Below are positions 37,908 through 48,529 of a DNA stretch of 64,000 bases, piece after piece (positions within the stretch are counted from its first letter, which is position 1; every line of letters starts with the position of its first letter). The DNA is from Candidatus Limivivens merdigallinarum (GTDB taxonomy: Bacteria > Bacillota > Clostridia > Lachnospirales > Lachnospiraceae), in assembly GCA_018713105.1 (NCBI GenBank), contig DVFT01000197.1, positions 11,383-75,382 of the forward strand, given 5' to 3'. The notes under the pieces are model-generated. The model made no database searches. It had not been told where the DNA came from and saw only the letters and a program-made list of their open reading frames with translations. Made by a program: the position numbers and the translations under genes.

Positions 37908-38836
37908 AAGTGATCTTTATGGGAACCCCCGATTTCGCGGTGGGGACATTGAAGAAGCTGATCGCGTCGGAGCATGAGGTGGTGGGTGTGGTAACCCAGC
38001 CGGACAAACCGAAAGGAAGGGGCAAGGCGATGCAGTTCACTCCGGTGAAGGAAGTGGCGGTGGAAGCCGGAATTGCCGTTTTCCAGCCAAGGAAGGTGCG
38101 GGATCCTGAAGTGGTGGAAACACTTAGAGGGCTGAACGCGGATGTGATCGTGGTGGTGGCATTCGGACAGATCATTCCGGAATCCATTCTGACGCTTACG
38201 CCCTATGGCTGCATCAATGTCCACGGTTCACTCCTTCCAAAATACCGGGGAGCAGCCCCCATCCAGTGGGCGGTCATCAACGGGGAGAAGGAGTCCGGCA
38301 TCACCACCATGCAGATGGACGCCGGTTTGGACACCGGGGATATGCTGCTTAAGAAGGTTGTGCCGCTCTCTTTGGACGAGACAGGAGGAAGTCTCTTTGA
38401 CAAGCTAAGCGCTGCAGGGGCAGATCTGCTCCTTTTGACCCTGGAAAAACTAGAAAAAGGGGAACTCATTCCAGAAAAGCAGGGAGAGTCTCCCACGGAG
38501 TATGCGAAGATGCTCACCAAGGAGATGGGAAACATTGACTGGACACGGGATGCCGTCAGCATTGAGCGGTGGATTCGGGGATTGAATCCCTGGCCAAGCG
38601 CTTACACAGGGCTGGAAGGCAAGACCTTGAAGATCTGGAAGGCAAGCGTCCTTCCGGAGGATACGGACGAAATGCCGGGAACCGTGGTGGAGGCAGGAAA
38701 GAACTGCCTGAAGGTCCAGACCGGAAAAGGGCTTCTCTCCATTGAGGAGCTTCAGCTGGCAGGAAAGAAGAGAATGGATATCGGTGCATTTTTGAGGGGA
38801 AATACCGTGAAGGAGGGGATTCTTTTATGCTGTTAG
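37904..38836 (+). CDS. fmt: Methionyl-tRNA formyltransferase
   Basis: FMGTPDF, TQPDKP, NVHGSLLPKYRGAAPI, GLDTGD. Confidence 0.97.
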   Translation: MKVIFMGTPDFAVGTLKKLIASEHEVVGVVTQPDKPKGRGKAMQFTPVKEVAVEAGIAVFQPRKVRDPEVVETLRGLNADVIVVVAFGQIIPESILTLTPYGCINVHGSLLPKYRGAAPIQWAVINGEKESGITTMQMDAGLDTGDMLLKKVVPLSLDETGGSLFDKLSAAGADLLLLTLEKLEKGELIPEKQGESPTEYAKMLTKEMGNIDWTRDAVSIERWIRGLNPWPSAYTGLEGKTLKIWKASVLPEDTDEMPGTVVEAGKNCLKVQTGKGLLSIEELQLAGKKRMDIGAFLRGNTVKEGILLCC

Positions 38837-39537
38837 TTCACTATGGATTCGGGTATTGGTTTGACCCGACCTACATGTTGGTACTGATCGGTCTGTTGCT
38901 TTCTCTGGGAGCATCCGCGCTGGTAAAGAGCACCTTTGCAAAATATTCCAAGGTGCGCTCCATGTCAGGGCTTACCGGGGCGGAAGCGGCGAGAAGGGTA
39001 CTGAATGCCTCCGGGATCTACGATGTACGGATCGAAAGGGTGGCAGGGAACCTGACGGACCACTACGATCCCAGAAGCAAGGTGCTTCGCCTTTCCAGCA
39101 GTACCTATGGTTCCAACTCCGTAGCGGCGGTCTGCGTGGCTGCCCATGAGTGCGGGCATGCCGTGCAGGATGCAAAGCATTACGGCCCGCTGGTACTTAG
39201 GAGCACCCTGGTTCCGGCGGCAAATTTAGGCTCCACGGCGGCATGGCCGATCTTTATCCTGGGGCTGATCTTTTCCATGAGACCCCTGCTAACCTTAGGA
39301 ATCCTGCTGTTTGGCCTGGCAGTGCTCTTTCAGCTGGTGACCTTGCCGGTGGAGATCAACGCCTCCACCAGAGCTGTCCGTATCCTGGAAAATACAGGAA
39401 TCCTCACAAGCGGGGAACTCACCGGAGGAAAGGCAGTGCTTCGGGCAGCGGCGCTCACCTATGTGGCGAGCCTGGCGGCATCCATCCTGCAGCTTCTGCG
39501 TCTGATCATTCTGGCAGGAGGACGGGACCGTGACTGA
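38827..39537 (+). CDS. Membrane zinc metallopeptidase (YugP-like)
   Basis: LTDHYDP, AAHECGHAVQ, TLPVE-NAS-RA, AAALTYVA. Confidence 0.92.
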   Translation: MLLVHYGFGYWFDPTYMLVLIGLLLSLGASALVKSTFAKYSKVRSMSGLTGAEAARRVLNASGIYDVRIERVAGNLTDHYDPRSKVLRLSSSTYGSNSVAAVCVAAHECGHAVQDAKHYGPLVLRSTLVPAANLGSTAAWPIFILGLIFSMRPLLTLGILLFGLAVLFQLVTLPVEINASTRAVRILENTGILTSGELTGGKAVLRAAALTYVASLAASILQLLRLIILAGGRDRD

Positions 39538-40885
39538 GGTAATCAACTTACGAGAAATCATTCTGGGAATCCTGATGGAGATCATCGAGGACGAGAAGCA
39601 CAGCCATGTGGTCTTGAGGGAGACCCTGGAAAAATATCAATATCTGGAAAAGAGGGACCGCGCCTTTATCAGCCGGACGGTGGAGGGAACCCTGGAACAT
39701 CTCCTGGAGCTGGACTACATCATCGAGCAGTTCTCCAGCGTGAAGGTCAAGAGAATGAAGCCGGCGATCCGCAATCTTCTCAGGATGTCTGTCTATCAGC
39801 TCAAATATATGGACAGCGTGCCGGACAGCGCCGTCTGCAACGAGGGCGTGAAGCTGGCGCAGAAAAAAGGGTTTTTCAACCTGAAGGGCTTTGTCAACGG
39901 AGTTTTGCGGAGCGTGGCGAGAAATATGGACAAGGTGGAATATCCGGATGCGGAGACGATGCCGGTGGCGCATCTTTCCATCCTTTATTCCATGCCGGAG
40001 TGGATCGTTAAGAAGTGGCTTTCCAGCTATTCCTATGAGACGGTGGAGCAGATCCTTCAGGCGTTCCAGGAGAAGCAGCCCACCAGCGTGCGCATGAACC
40101 TGAATAAGGCGACGAAAAAGCAGATCGAAGACAGTCTGCGGGAACAGGGCGTGAGCGTGGAGGAGCACCCCTATCTCCCCTATGCCCTGGAGATTTCCGG
40201 CTACAATTACCTGAAAGCCCTGGACGCGTTCCGAAACGGCTGGATCCAGGCACAGGATGTCAGCTCCATGCTGGTGGCTGAGATCGCAGATCCGAAATGG
40301 GGAGATTACTGCATCGACGTCTGTGCGGCGCCGGGCGGCAAATCCCTGCACCTGGCGGATAAGCTGAAAGGCAGCGGCTTTGTGGAGGCAAGGGATGTGA
40401 CGGAGTCTAAGGTGCAGCTCATGCAGGAGAATATCGAGCGCACCGGGCTGATCAATATGAATGCCATCGTGGCGGATGCCACGATCTTTTATCCCTCCTC
40501 GGTGGAGAAGGCGGATGTCCTGATTGCCGACGTTCCCTGCTCCGGCTTCGGCGTCATGGGGCGCAAGCCGGATATCCGCTACAAGACCTCGGAGGGAAAA
40601 CAGGAGGAGATCGTACGTCTCCAGAGAAAAATCCTGGAGACGGTTTATCAATATGTGAAGGTAGGAGGAACGCTCGTCTACAGTACCTGTACCATCGGTG
40701 CGGAGGAAAACCAGTACAATCTGAAATGGTTTTTGGACAACTACCCATTCAAGCTGGAGTCCATCGACGAATACCTGCCCGATGAGCTAAAGAGCAGGAC
40801 CACCAAGGCGGGATATCTCCAGATCCTGCCTGGAATACATAAGGCAGATGGCTTTTTTATCGCGAAGCTAAAGAGGATAGGATAA
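39530..40885 (+). CDS. rsmB: 16S rRNA m5C967 methyltransferase
   Basis: NusB-like N-terminus (FVNGVLR), QDVSS, DVCAAPGGKS, DVPCSG, YSTCT. Confidence 0.96.
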   Translation: MTEVINLREIILGILMEIIEDEKHSHVVLRETLEKYQYLEKRDRAFISRTVEGTLEHLLELDYIIEQFSSVKVKRMKPAIRNLLRMSVYQLKYMDSVPDSAVCNEGVKLAQKKGFFNLKGFVNGVLRSVARNMDKVEYPDAETMPVAHLSILYSMPEWIVKKWLSSYSYETVEQILQAFQEKQPTSVRMNLNKATKKQIEDSLREQGVSVEEHPYLPYALEISGYNYLKALDAFRNGWIQAQDVSSMLVAEIADPKWGDYCIDVCAAPGGKSLHLADKLKGSGFVEARDVTESKVQLMQENIERTGLINMNAIVADATIFYPSSVEKADVLIADVPCSGFGVMGRKPDIRYKTSEGKQEEIVRLQRKILETVYQYVKVGGTLVYSTCTIGAEENQYNLKWFLDNYPFKLESIDEYLPDELKSRTTKAGYLQILPGIHKADGFFIAKLKRIG

Positions 40886-41949
40886 TGGAAGAAACGGGAC
40901 AAATGGATATCAAATCCCTGACGCTGGAGGAGCTCTCGGCGTACCTTAACGGGATGGGGGAAAAGCCTTTCCGGGCAAAACAGCTCTATCAGTGGATGCA
41001 TCAGAAATTAGCTGGCAGCTATGAAGAAATGAGAAATCTTCCCAAAAGCCTGCGGGAGCGTCTGCAGGAAGAGACGGTCTATATGAGCCTGAAACCCGTG
41101 GAGGTACTGACGTCCCGGTTAGACGGGACAGAGAAATATCTCTTCCGCTTAAACGACGGCAATGTCATTGAAAGTGTGCTGATGCGGTATCACCATGGAA
41201 ATTCCGTGTGCATTTCCACCCAGGCAGGCTGCCGGATGGGCTGCCGCTTCTGCGCATCCACCATTGGCGGGCTGAAAAGGAACTTATGCACTTCCGAGAT
41301 GCTGGAGCAGATCTATGAGATCCAGAAAGCATCCGGGGAACGGGTTTCCAATGTAGTGCTTATGGGAACCGGGGAGCCGCTGGACAACTACGAGAATGTG
41401 GTTCGCTTGATCCGGATGCTTACCGGGGAGGAAGGGCTGCACATCAGCCAGAGGAATATCACGCTTTCCACCTGCGGCATCGTCCCAGGGATCTATCGGC
41501 TTGCAGAGGAGAAGTTTGCCATCACGCTGGCGCTGTCTTTGCACGCCTCCAGCCAGGAGAAGCGGGAGGAGCTGATGCCCATCGCAAAAAAATACGAGCT
41601 TTCGGAAGTGCTGGACGCCTGCCGCAGCTACTTTGGGACTACTGGCAGGAGAGTGACCTTTGAGTACAGCCTGGTGGGAGGAGTCAACGACCATGAGGAG
41701 GATGCGGTAAGGCTTGCAGGCCTGGCGAAAGGCATGGAAGCCCATGTCAACCTCATTCCTGTCAATCCCATCAAAGAGCGGGATTACCGGAAATCGTCCC
41801 GGCAGGTGATTTTGAATTTCAAAAATAAACTTGAAAAATACGGAATTAATGTTACTATTAGAAGAGAAATGGGCCGGGATATCAACGGGGCCTGTGGACA
41901 GCTTCGGAGAAGCTATATGGAAAGTAATAAAGGAGAGGAAGAGCAATGA
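40885..41949 (+). CDS. rlmN: Radical SAM 23S rRNA m2A2503 methyltransferase
   Basis: CRMGCRFC, MGTGEP, ACGQL. Confidence 0.96.
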   Translation: MEETGQMDIKSLTLEELSAYLNGMGEKPFRAKQLYQWMHQKLAGSYEEMRNLPKSLRERLQEETVYMSLKPVEVLTSRLDGTEKYLFRLNDGNVIESVLMRYHHGNSVCISTQAGCRMGCRFCASTIGGLKRNLCTSEMLEQIYEIQKASGERVSNVVLMGTGEPLDNYENVVRLIRMLTGEEGLHISQRNITLSTCGIVPGIYRLAEEKFAITLALSLHASSQEKREELMPIAKKYELSEVLDACRSYFGTTGRRVTFEYSLVGGVNDHEEDAVRLAGLAKGMEAHVNLIPVNPIKERDYRKSSRQVILNFKNKLEKYGINVTIRREMGRDINGACGQLRRSYMESNKGEEEQ

Positions 41950-42689
41950 AGGCGTATTGCATGACGGATGTGGGTCAGAGAAGAACCACAAACCAGGATT
42001 TCGTGTTCGCGTCCGTGGAGCCGGTTGGGAATCTTCCGAATCTTTTCGTGGTGGCAGACGGTATGGGCGGCCATAAAGCAGGAGATATGGCAAGCCGTTA
42101 TACGGTGGAGGTACTCCTAGAAAGCGTCAAGGCGAGCAGGGAGAAGAATCCCATCAAGATCATCCGTGCTGCGATTGAGCAGGCAAACCGGGAGGTGCTG
42201 AAGAAAGCTTCGGAGGATGAGGCGCTGTTTGGAATGGGGACCACGGTGGTGGTCGCTACGGTGGCAGGCCATTACCTGTATGTCGCCAACGTGGGAGACA
42301 GCCGTCTCTATCTGATTCGTGATAAAATACAGCAGATCACCAAGGATCATTCCCTGGTGGAAGAAATGGTGCGCTGCGGAAGACTGAAAAGGGAGGAAGC
42401 AAGGAACCACCCCAACAAGAATGTGATCACCAGGGCGGTGGGCGCTGCCAAGGAAGTGATGATCGATTTCTTTGACATGCGTCTCAAGAAAGGAGATATG
42501 ATACTGCTTTGCTCAGACGGCCTGAGCAATATGCTGGAAGATTCGGAAATCGAAGAGATCATCCGGGGAGGAAAAGACCTGAAGGAAATTGCCGGGGAGC
42601 TCATTACAGCGGCTAATCAGCATGGGGGCAAGGATAACATCGCTGTCGTATTGGTGGAGCCACTGAAAGGTGAGGTGAAGAGATGTTAA
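41946..42689 (+). CDS. stp: PP2C Ser/Thr phosphatase (Stp1/PrpC)
   Basis: NQD, VADGMGGH, MGTT, NVGDSR, CSDGL, GGKDN. Confidence 0.95.
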   Translation: MKAYCMTDVGQRRTTNQDFVFASVEPVGNLPNLFVVADGMGGHKAGDMASRYTVEVLLESVKASREKNPIKIIRAAIEQANREVLKKASEDEALFGMGTTVVVATVAGHYLYVANVGDSRLYLIRDKIQQITKDHSLVEEMVRCGRLKREEARNHPNKNVITRAVGAAKEVMIDFFDMRLKKGDMILLCSDGLSNMLEDSEIEEIIRGGKDLKEIAGELITAANQHGGKDNIAVVLVEPLKGEVKRC

Positions 42690-45076
42690 AAGAAGGAATG
42701 TTCATACAGGAGCGCTATGAGATCATCAGCCGGTTGGGCTCGGGAGGCATGGCGGATGTATATAAGGCAAAGGATCACAAGCTGAACCGCTTTGTGGCTG
42801 TGAAAGTCCTCAAACCAGAATTCAGGGATGATACGGTATTTATCTCCAAATTTCGGATCGAAGCCCAGTCTGCGGCAGGGCTGTCCCATCCTAATATCGT
42901 AAATGTCTATGACGTAGGAGAGGATGCAGACATCAGCTTTATCGTAATGGAGCTGGTGGAAGGGATCACTCTGAAGGAATATATCAACAAAAAAGGGCGG
43001 CTTGCCGTACGGGAAGCTACCAGCATTGCCATGCAGGTGTGTATGGGGCTGGAAGCTGCCCACAAGAACAACATCGTCCACCGGGATGTAAAGCCCCAAA
43101 ACATAATCATCTCCACGGACGGAAAGGTAAAGGTGACGGATTTCGGGATTGCGAGAGCTGCCACCGCCAATACCATCAACTCCAGCGTTATGGGCTCCGT
43201 CCATTACAGTTCACCGGAACAGGCAAGGGGCGGGTACAGTGACTACAAGAGTGATATTTACTCGATGGGCATCACACTCTATGAGATGCTGACCGGCACG
43301 GTGCCCTTTGACGGGGACAGCACGGTGGCGATCGCCATCAAGCACTTGCAGGAGGAACTTCCCTCCCCCAGGAAATACGTTCCCGACCTTCCGAAGAGCA
43401 CGGTGCAGATCATCTACAAATGTACCCAGAAGAGTCCAGATCGCCGTTACAACGATATGGGAGAACTGATTGCGGACCTGAAGGAATCCCTGGTAAATCC
43501 AGAAGGCGATTTCGTGAAGCTGGTGCCCATGAACAGCAATGCCCAGACCGTTGTGATATCAGATGAAGAACTAAACCAGATCCGGCAGAGTTACGGGGAA
43601 GCTCCCCAAGGGGGAAGCTTCGACCACTCCCAGCAGACGCAGCAAATGCCTCCCCAAGGAGGCTATCCCGGAGGCATGCAGGGAGGTTATGGGGGACCCG
43701 GCTATCCTCAGGGAGGAGGCTATCCCAATCAGGGACAAAGAGGGGCTTATCAGGGGTATCCGCCCCAGGGCAATCCTAACATAGGAGGGTACGGCAATCC
43801 GTACCCGCAGGGGTATTTTGATCCCGACGATGATGAGGATGACGAGGGCTTGAGCCCCAGGCTGGAAAAAGCCATGGTACTGGGCAGCATTGTGGCGGGC
43901 GTGATCATCCTCGCTATCATTGTGGTACTGGTGGGAAATGCTACCGGGCTGTTCGATATGAGCTTTTTGAACCGCAGCGAGACGGAGAGCGAAAGCCTGG
44001 TGACCACGGAGTCCCAGGCGGAGACGGAGAGCGATGCGCCTGAGACGACTTCGGATTCCGTAGAGGTTCCCAGCGTCATTGGAAAGACAGAGTCGGAAGC
44101 CCTGGAAGAATTGAATGCTCTCAGTATTGGAGGGAAAAAAGTGGGAGAGCAGCCTTCCGCGGAGTATGCGGCAGGTCAGATCATTTCCCAGACTCCGGCA
44201 GGAGGCAGCTCCGTACAGAAGAATACGATGATTACCTATGTGGTGAGTTCCGGCAGTGAGAGTACGCAGGTACCGGAGGTGGCTGGAAGGGCGCTTTCCG
44301 ATGTGGAAGCGGAGCTGGACCGGATGGGTGTTAATTACGAGGTGAATTACACCAACAACCCGGTTGTAGAGACCGGCCAGGTTATCTACGCAGAGCCGCA
44401 AGCCGGCAGCGAGATCCAGACGGGGGATACCGTGGTTCTCTGGGTCAACGGAACGGAAGGTGATACCGGAGAATCTTCTACGGAATCCACATCAGGGGTC
44501 AAGGACTATACCGGAGAATGGGCGATCGATGCTCTGGATGCCCTGAACAAACAGGGATATAAGGTGGAGTATGTGTGGCAGCATGTCACAGATACGGATC
44601 AGGTAGGCATGGTTCTCTCACAGGATAAATCAGGAGAGGGGATTGCAGCAGGCAGTACCATCACGCTTACCGTCGGGGATATCGCGACCTCCAATTCCGA
44701 CGGCACATCGTCGGGGGAAAGCCAGACGGAGACAGGCACAAGCACCGGGGAGACCGAGAGTGAGACGGCTTCGGCTGCCGGAGCAGCATCCAATTCTGGG
44801 ACAGGAGAGGAATATGTGTGCAGCTTCCGCCTGGATGTGCAGGAATACAATGGATATCCGGTTCGTATTGTCCTGGAACAGGATGGAGTTGAAGTGACCC
44901 TGGTGGATGATGAGGAAGCGAGCTTCCCTTATGACCTGGAGTGGAGCAGCGACTCCAACAGCCTTGGAACCGCTTATGTGTATATTATGGATCCGGATAC
45001 CGGCGAGGTGATCACCAGCTTTAAGTCCAGGGAGCCTATTGCATTCACAGCAGCCGATCAGGAAACAAGCGAGTAA
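42683..45076 (+). CDS. pknB: PASTA-domain Ser/Thr kinase (PrkC/Stk1/PknB)
   Basis: GSGGMADVY, VAVK, HRDVKPQN, DFGIA, GSVHYSSPEQ; TM segment; about 3 PASTA repeats. Confidence 0.96.
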   Translation: MLKEGMFIQERYEIISRLGSGGMADVYKAKDHKLNRFVAVKVLKPEFRDDTVFISKFRIEAQSAAGLSHPNIVNVYDVGEDADISFIVMELVEGITLKEYINKKGRLAVREATSIAMQVCMGLEAAHKNNIVHRDVKPQNIIISTDGKVKVTDFGIARAATANTINSSVMGSVHYSSPEQARGGYSDYKSDIYSMGITLYEMLTGTVPFDGDSTVAIAIKHLQEELPSPRKYVPDLPKSTVQIIYKCTQKSPDRRYNDMGELIADLKESLVNPEGDFVKLVPMNSNAQTVVISDEELNQIRQSYGEAPQGGSFDHSQQTQQMPPQGGYPGGMQGGYGGPGYPQGGGYPNQGQRGAYQGYPPQGNPNIGGYGNPYPQGYFDPDDDEDDEGLSPRLEKAMVLGSIVAGVIILAIIVVLVGNATGLFDMSFLNRSETESESLVTTESQAETESDAPETTSDSVEVPSVIGKTESEALEELNALSIGGKKVGEQPSAEYAAGQIISQTPAGGSSVQKNTMITYVVSSGSESTQVPEVAGRALSDVEAELDRMGVNYEVNYTNNPVVETGQVIYAEPQAGSEIQTGDTVVLWVNGTEGDTGESSTESTSGVKDYTGEWAIDALDALNKQGYKVEYVWQHVTDTDQVGMVLSQDKSGEGIAAGSTITLTVGDIATSNSDGTSSGESQTETGTSTGETESETASAAGAASNSGTGEEYVCSFRLDVQEYNGYPVRIVLEQDGVEVTLVDDEEASFPYDLEWSSDSNSLGTAYVYIMDPDTGEVITSFKSREPIAFTAADQETSE

Positions 45077-45078
45077 CG

Positions 45079-45969
45079 ATGAATATGGAACATACAGGAA
45101 AAATTATAAAAGGAATTGCTGGTTTCTATTATGTCCATGTGGAGCAGGAAGGTGTCTATGAATGCCGGGCAAAGGGGATCTTTCGGAAAAGCGGTGAGAA
45201 ACCTCTGGTGGGAGATAACGTTAGGATTGAGATTTTAAGCCGGGATGAGATGGAGGGCAATCTGGTGGAGATCCTGCCGAGAAAGAATGTCCTAATCCGG
45301 CCGGCTGTGTCGAACGTGGATCAGGCTCTGGTGATTTTTGCTGCAGCCAAGCCCAAACCCAATTTCAACCTTTTGGACCGTTTTCTGGTTATGATGGCCT
45401 GGCAGGACGTGGACACCGTGATTTGTTTTAATAAGAAGGACATTGCCTCTCAGGAGGAGGAAACAGAGCTTCGCCGTATCTACAGCGGCGCAAAGAGCAA
45501 GGTGCTTTTTACCAGCGCCCGGGAAGAGGAAGGGATCGAAGAGATCCGGGAAATCCTGAAGGGGAAGACGACGACGGTGGCAGGACCCTCCGGGGTAGGC
45601 AAATCGTCCCTGATCAATCTTCTCGTTCCGGAGGCGAAGATGGAAACGGGAGAGATCAGCCATAAGATCGACCGTGGAAGGCATACCACCCGTCATTCGG
45701 AGCTGTTTTATGTGGAGGCGGATACCTACATCATGGATACGCCGGGATTCAGCTCCCTGATCCTTCCCGATATGGAGAAGGAAGATTTAAAAGACTGCTT
45801 TGCTGAGTTCAAAGATTACGAGGACGGATGCCGGTTTAAAGGATGTATGCACCTCAATGAACCGGACTGCGCAGTTAAAAAGGCGGTGGAGGAAGGGCAG
45901 ATCAGCCTTCGCCGGTATACCAGCTACCAGGAATTGTTTGAGGAACTAAAGAACAGGAGGAAATATTGA
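45079..45969 (+). CDS. rsgA: Ribosome small subunit-dependent GTPase A
   Basis: NKKD, GPSGVGKSS, GRHTT, DTPG, C-terminal CRF-GC-H-EPDC. Confidence 0.96.
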   Translation: MNMEHTGKIIKGIAGFYYVHVEQEGVYECRAKGIFRKSGEKPLVGDNVRIEILSRDEMEGNLVEILPRKNVLIRPAVSNVDQALVIFAAAKPKPNFNLLDRFLVMMAWQDVDTVICFNKKDIASQEEETELRRIYSGAKSKVLFTSAREEEGIEEIREILKGKTTTVAGPSGVGKSSLINLLVPEAKMETGEISHKIDRGRHTTRHSELFYVEADTYIMDTPGFSSLILPDMEKEDLKDCFAEFKDYEDGCRFKGCMHLNEPDCAVKKAVEEGQISLRRYTSYQELFEELKNRRKY

Positions 45970-45970
45970 C

Positions 45971-46645
45971 GTGTATGTATTAGCACCTTCTCTGTTGTCA
46001 GCCAACTACATGGCAATGGGAGAGGATTTAGAGACGATCCGCCGTGCGGGAGGCCGTCAGGTCCATGTGGATATCATGGACGGGCGTTTCGTGCCCAGCA
46101 TCAATTTCGGGATCCCCCTGGTGGGAGCTTTGAGAAAGGAGACAGACCTGATCCTGGACGTCCATCTGATGGTGGAGGATCCGGACCGATATGTGGAGGA
46201 ATTTGCCAGGGCAGGCGCTGACATCATCACCGTTCACGCGGAAGCCTGCACCCATCTTCACCGGACGATCCAGCATATCAAAAGCATGGGCAAGCGGGCA
46301 GGAGCGGCGCTGAATCCGGCGACGCCTGCGGCGGCGCTTTCCTGTGTGCTGGAGGATCTGGACCTTATCCTTGTCATGTCGGTGAATCCGGGCTTCGGCG
46401 GTCAGAAATACATCCCGTACAGCACGGAGAAGCTGAAGGAACTAAAGGAAATCCGCAAAGAGAGAGGGCTTTCCTTTGACATCGAGGTGGACGGCGGAGT
46501 CAACCTTGCAAATGCAAAGGAAATCATGGCAGCCGGCGCCAATATGCTGGTGGCTGGAAGCGCTGTGTTTTCCGGCGATCTGGAAGACAACATCCGGCAG
46601 TTCTTAACCTGCATGGAAGAAATGGAAAGCGGGCAGTCGTCATGA
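45971..46645 (+). CDS. rpe: Ribulose-phosphate 3-epimerase
   Basis: HVDIMDG-FVP, DVHLM, MSVNPGFGGQ, VDGG. Confidence 0.96.
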   Translation: MYVLAPSLLSANYMAMGEDLETIRRAGGRQVHVDIMDGRFVPSINFGIPLVGALRKETDLILDVHLMVEDPDRYVEEFARAGADIITVHAEACTHLHRTIQHIKSMGKRAGAALNPATPAAALSCVLEDLDLILVMSVNPGFGGQKYIPYSTEKLKELKEIRKERGLSFDIEVDGGVNLANAKEIMAAGANMLVAGSAVFSGDLEDNIRQFLTCMEEMESGQSS

Positions 46646-47295
46646 AACACACAGTGATCATTAGCGGGGGCAGTCTCAATGAAGAGTTTGCCCTCGATTT
46701 TTTGGAAAAAAACGGGTGGGACTATCTCATCGGAGCGGACAAAGGGATCCGTTTCCTGAAACACAAAGGAATCGTCCCGACGCATATCGTAGGTGACTTT
46801 GATTCTTCCACAAAGGCAGACCTGGCGTATTTTGAGAAGGTTCCGGGAATTGAGATCCGAACCTTTAATCCTGTGAAGGATTTCACAGATACAGAGATCG
46901 CCCTGAGGCTGGCGCTGGAACTGGACGGGGATAGTATCACAATTCTGGGCGGATGCGGCGGAAGCAGGATCGACCATCTCATCGCCAATGTGAGGATCCT
47001 GGACATAGCGGGAAGGGCGGGGAGAACCTGTGCCATTTTGGACGAGAAGAACCGGATCCGGCTCATGGACAAGCCCTTTGTCATCCAGAAGTCGGAGCAG
47101 TACGGGAAATACGTCTCACTCTTTGCCTATGGGGCAAAGGTGGAGGGAATTACCCTCCGGGGATTTTATTATTTGTTGACAAATTACGACATGGAATATT
47201 CCGACGCCGTCGGGGTAAGCAACGAGATTACGTCGGAAATGGCATCCGTTTCCTTCAAAAGCGGAAAACTTTTGGTGGTGGAATCGAAGGATTGA
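46642..47295 (+). CDS. thiN: Thiamine diphosphokinase
   Basis: ADKG, VGDFDS, KDFTD, RIDH, GVSNE. Confidence 0.93.
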   Translation: MKHTVIISGGSLNEEFALDFLEKNGWDYLIGADKGIRFLKHKGIVPTHIVGDFDSSTKADLAYFEKVPGIEIRTFNPVKDFTDTEIALRLALELDGDSITILGGCGGSRIDHLIANVRILDIAGRAGRTCAILDEKNRIRLMDKPFVIQKSEQYGKYVSLFAYGAKVEGITLRGFYYLLTNYDMEYSDAVGVSNEITSEMASVSFKSGKLLVVESKD

Positions 47296-47416
47296 CGAAA
47301 CCTGTCGATTAGTTTCCGGGCAAAATGCTTGCTTTTTTGTCAGTTTGTGTGCTAAACTGTCCCATGTAGAAGATTCAGGAAGAATAGAATAAGTGTTAGA
47401 AAGGAAGCTTCTAAAG

Positions 47417-48514
47417 ATGAAACTAGGCATTGTAGGGTTACCCAATGTAGGAAAAAGTACGTTATTCAATTCCTTGACGAAGGCGGGAGCAGAGTCTGCC
47501 AACTATCCGTTCTGTACCATCGATCCCAATGTGGGCGTGGTGGCAGTGCCGGATTTCAGGCTGAAGCTTTTGGCAGATCTCTACCATTCTGAAAAGATCA
47601 CGCCGGCTGTGATCGAATTTGTAGATATTGCAGGGCTGGTAAAGGGCGCGTCCAAAGGCGAAGGCTTAGGCAATCAGTTTTTGGCAAACATCCGTGAGGT
47701 GGATGCCATCGTCCATGTGGTGCGCTGCTTTGAGGACAGCAACGTGGTTCATGTGGATGGAAGCGTGGATCCGGGGCGTGATATTGAGACGATCAACCTG
47801 GAGCTGATTTTCTCCGATATCGAAATATTAGAGAGAAGAATTGCAAAGACTACCAGAGGAGCCAGAAATGACAAAACCCTGGCAAAGGAGCTGGAACTCC
47901 TTAAGAACCTCAAAAGCCATCTGGAAGATGGAAAGCTGGCGATCACCTACCAGACCGAGGATGAAGATGAGCTGAAATGGATTTCCGAATACAATCTGCT
48001 CACGGCAAAGCCGGTCATCTTTGCAGCCAATGTAGGTGAACAGGATCTGGCGGACGACGGGGCAAACAACCCTTACGTCCAGAAGGTCCGCGGGATCGCA
48101 AAGGAATCCGGCAGCGAGGTCTTCGTTATCTGCGCCCAGATCGAGGAGGAGATCTCAGAGCTGGATGAGGATGAGAAGGCAATGTTCCTGGAGGATCTGG
48201 GACTGAAGGAGTCGGGGCTTGAGAAACTGATCAAAGCAAGCTACAGCCTCCTGGGCCTCTTAAGCTATCTGACGGCAGGTGAGAAGGAGACCAGGGCATG
48301 GACCATCAAGAAGGGCTCCAAGGCGCCGCAGGCAGCGGGCAAGATCCACTCTGATTTTGAGAGGGGATTCATCCGCGCAGAGGTGGTCAACTACCAGGAT
48401 CTTCTCGACTGCGGAAGCTATTCGGCAGCCAAGGAGAAGGGGCTGGTCCGTCTGGAAGGAAAAGACTACGTGGTTCAGGATGGGGATGTCATTCTGTTTC
48501 GATTCAATGTATAA
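47417..48514 (+). CDS. ychF: Redox-regulated ATPase YchF
   Basis: GLPNVGKST, ANYPFCTIDPN, DIAGLV, C-terminal FRFNV. Confidence 0.97.
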   Translation: MKLGIVGLPNVGKSTLFNSLTKAGAESANYPFCTIDPNVGVVAVPDFRLKLLADLYHSEKITPAVIEFVDIAGLVKGASKGEGLGNQFLANIREVDAIVHVVRCFEDSNVVHVDGSVDPGRDIETINLELIFSDIEILERRIAKTTRGARNDKTLAKELELLKNLKSHLEDGKLAITYQTEDEDELKWISEYNLLTAKPVIFAANVGEQDLADDGANNPYVQKVRGIAKESGSEVFVICAQIEEEISELDEDEKAMFLEDLGLKESGLEKLIKASYSLLGLLSYLTAGEKETRAWTIKKGSKAPQAAGKIHSDFERGFIRAEVVNYQDLLDCGSYSAAKEKGLVRLEGKDYVVQDGDVILFRFNV

Positions 48515-48529
48515 GCAAGAGGTGAGACT

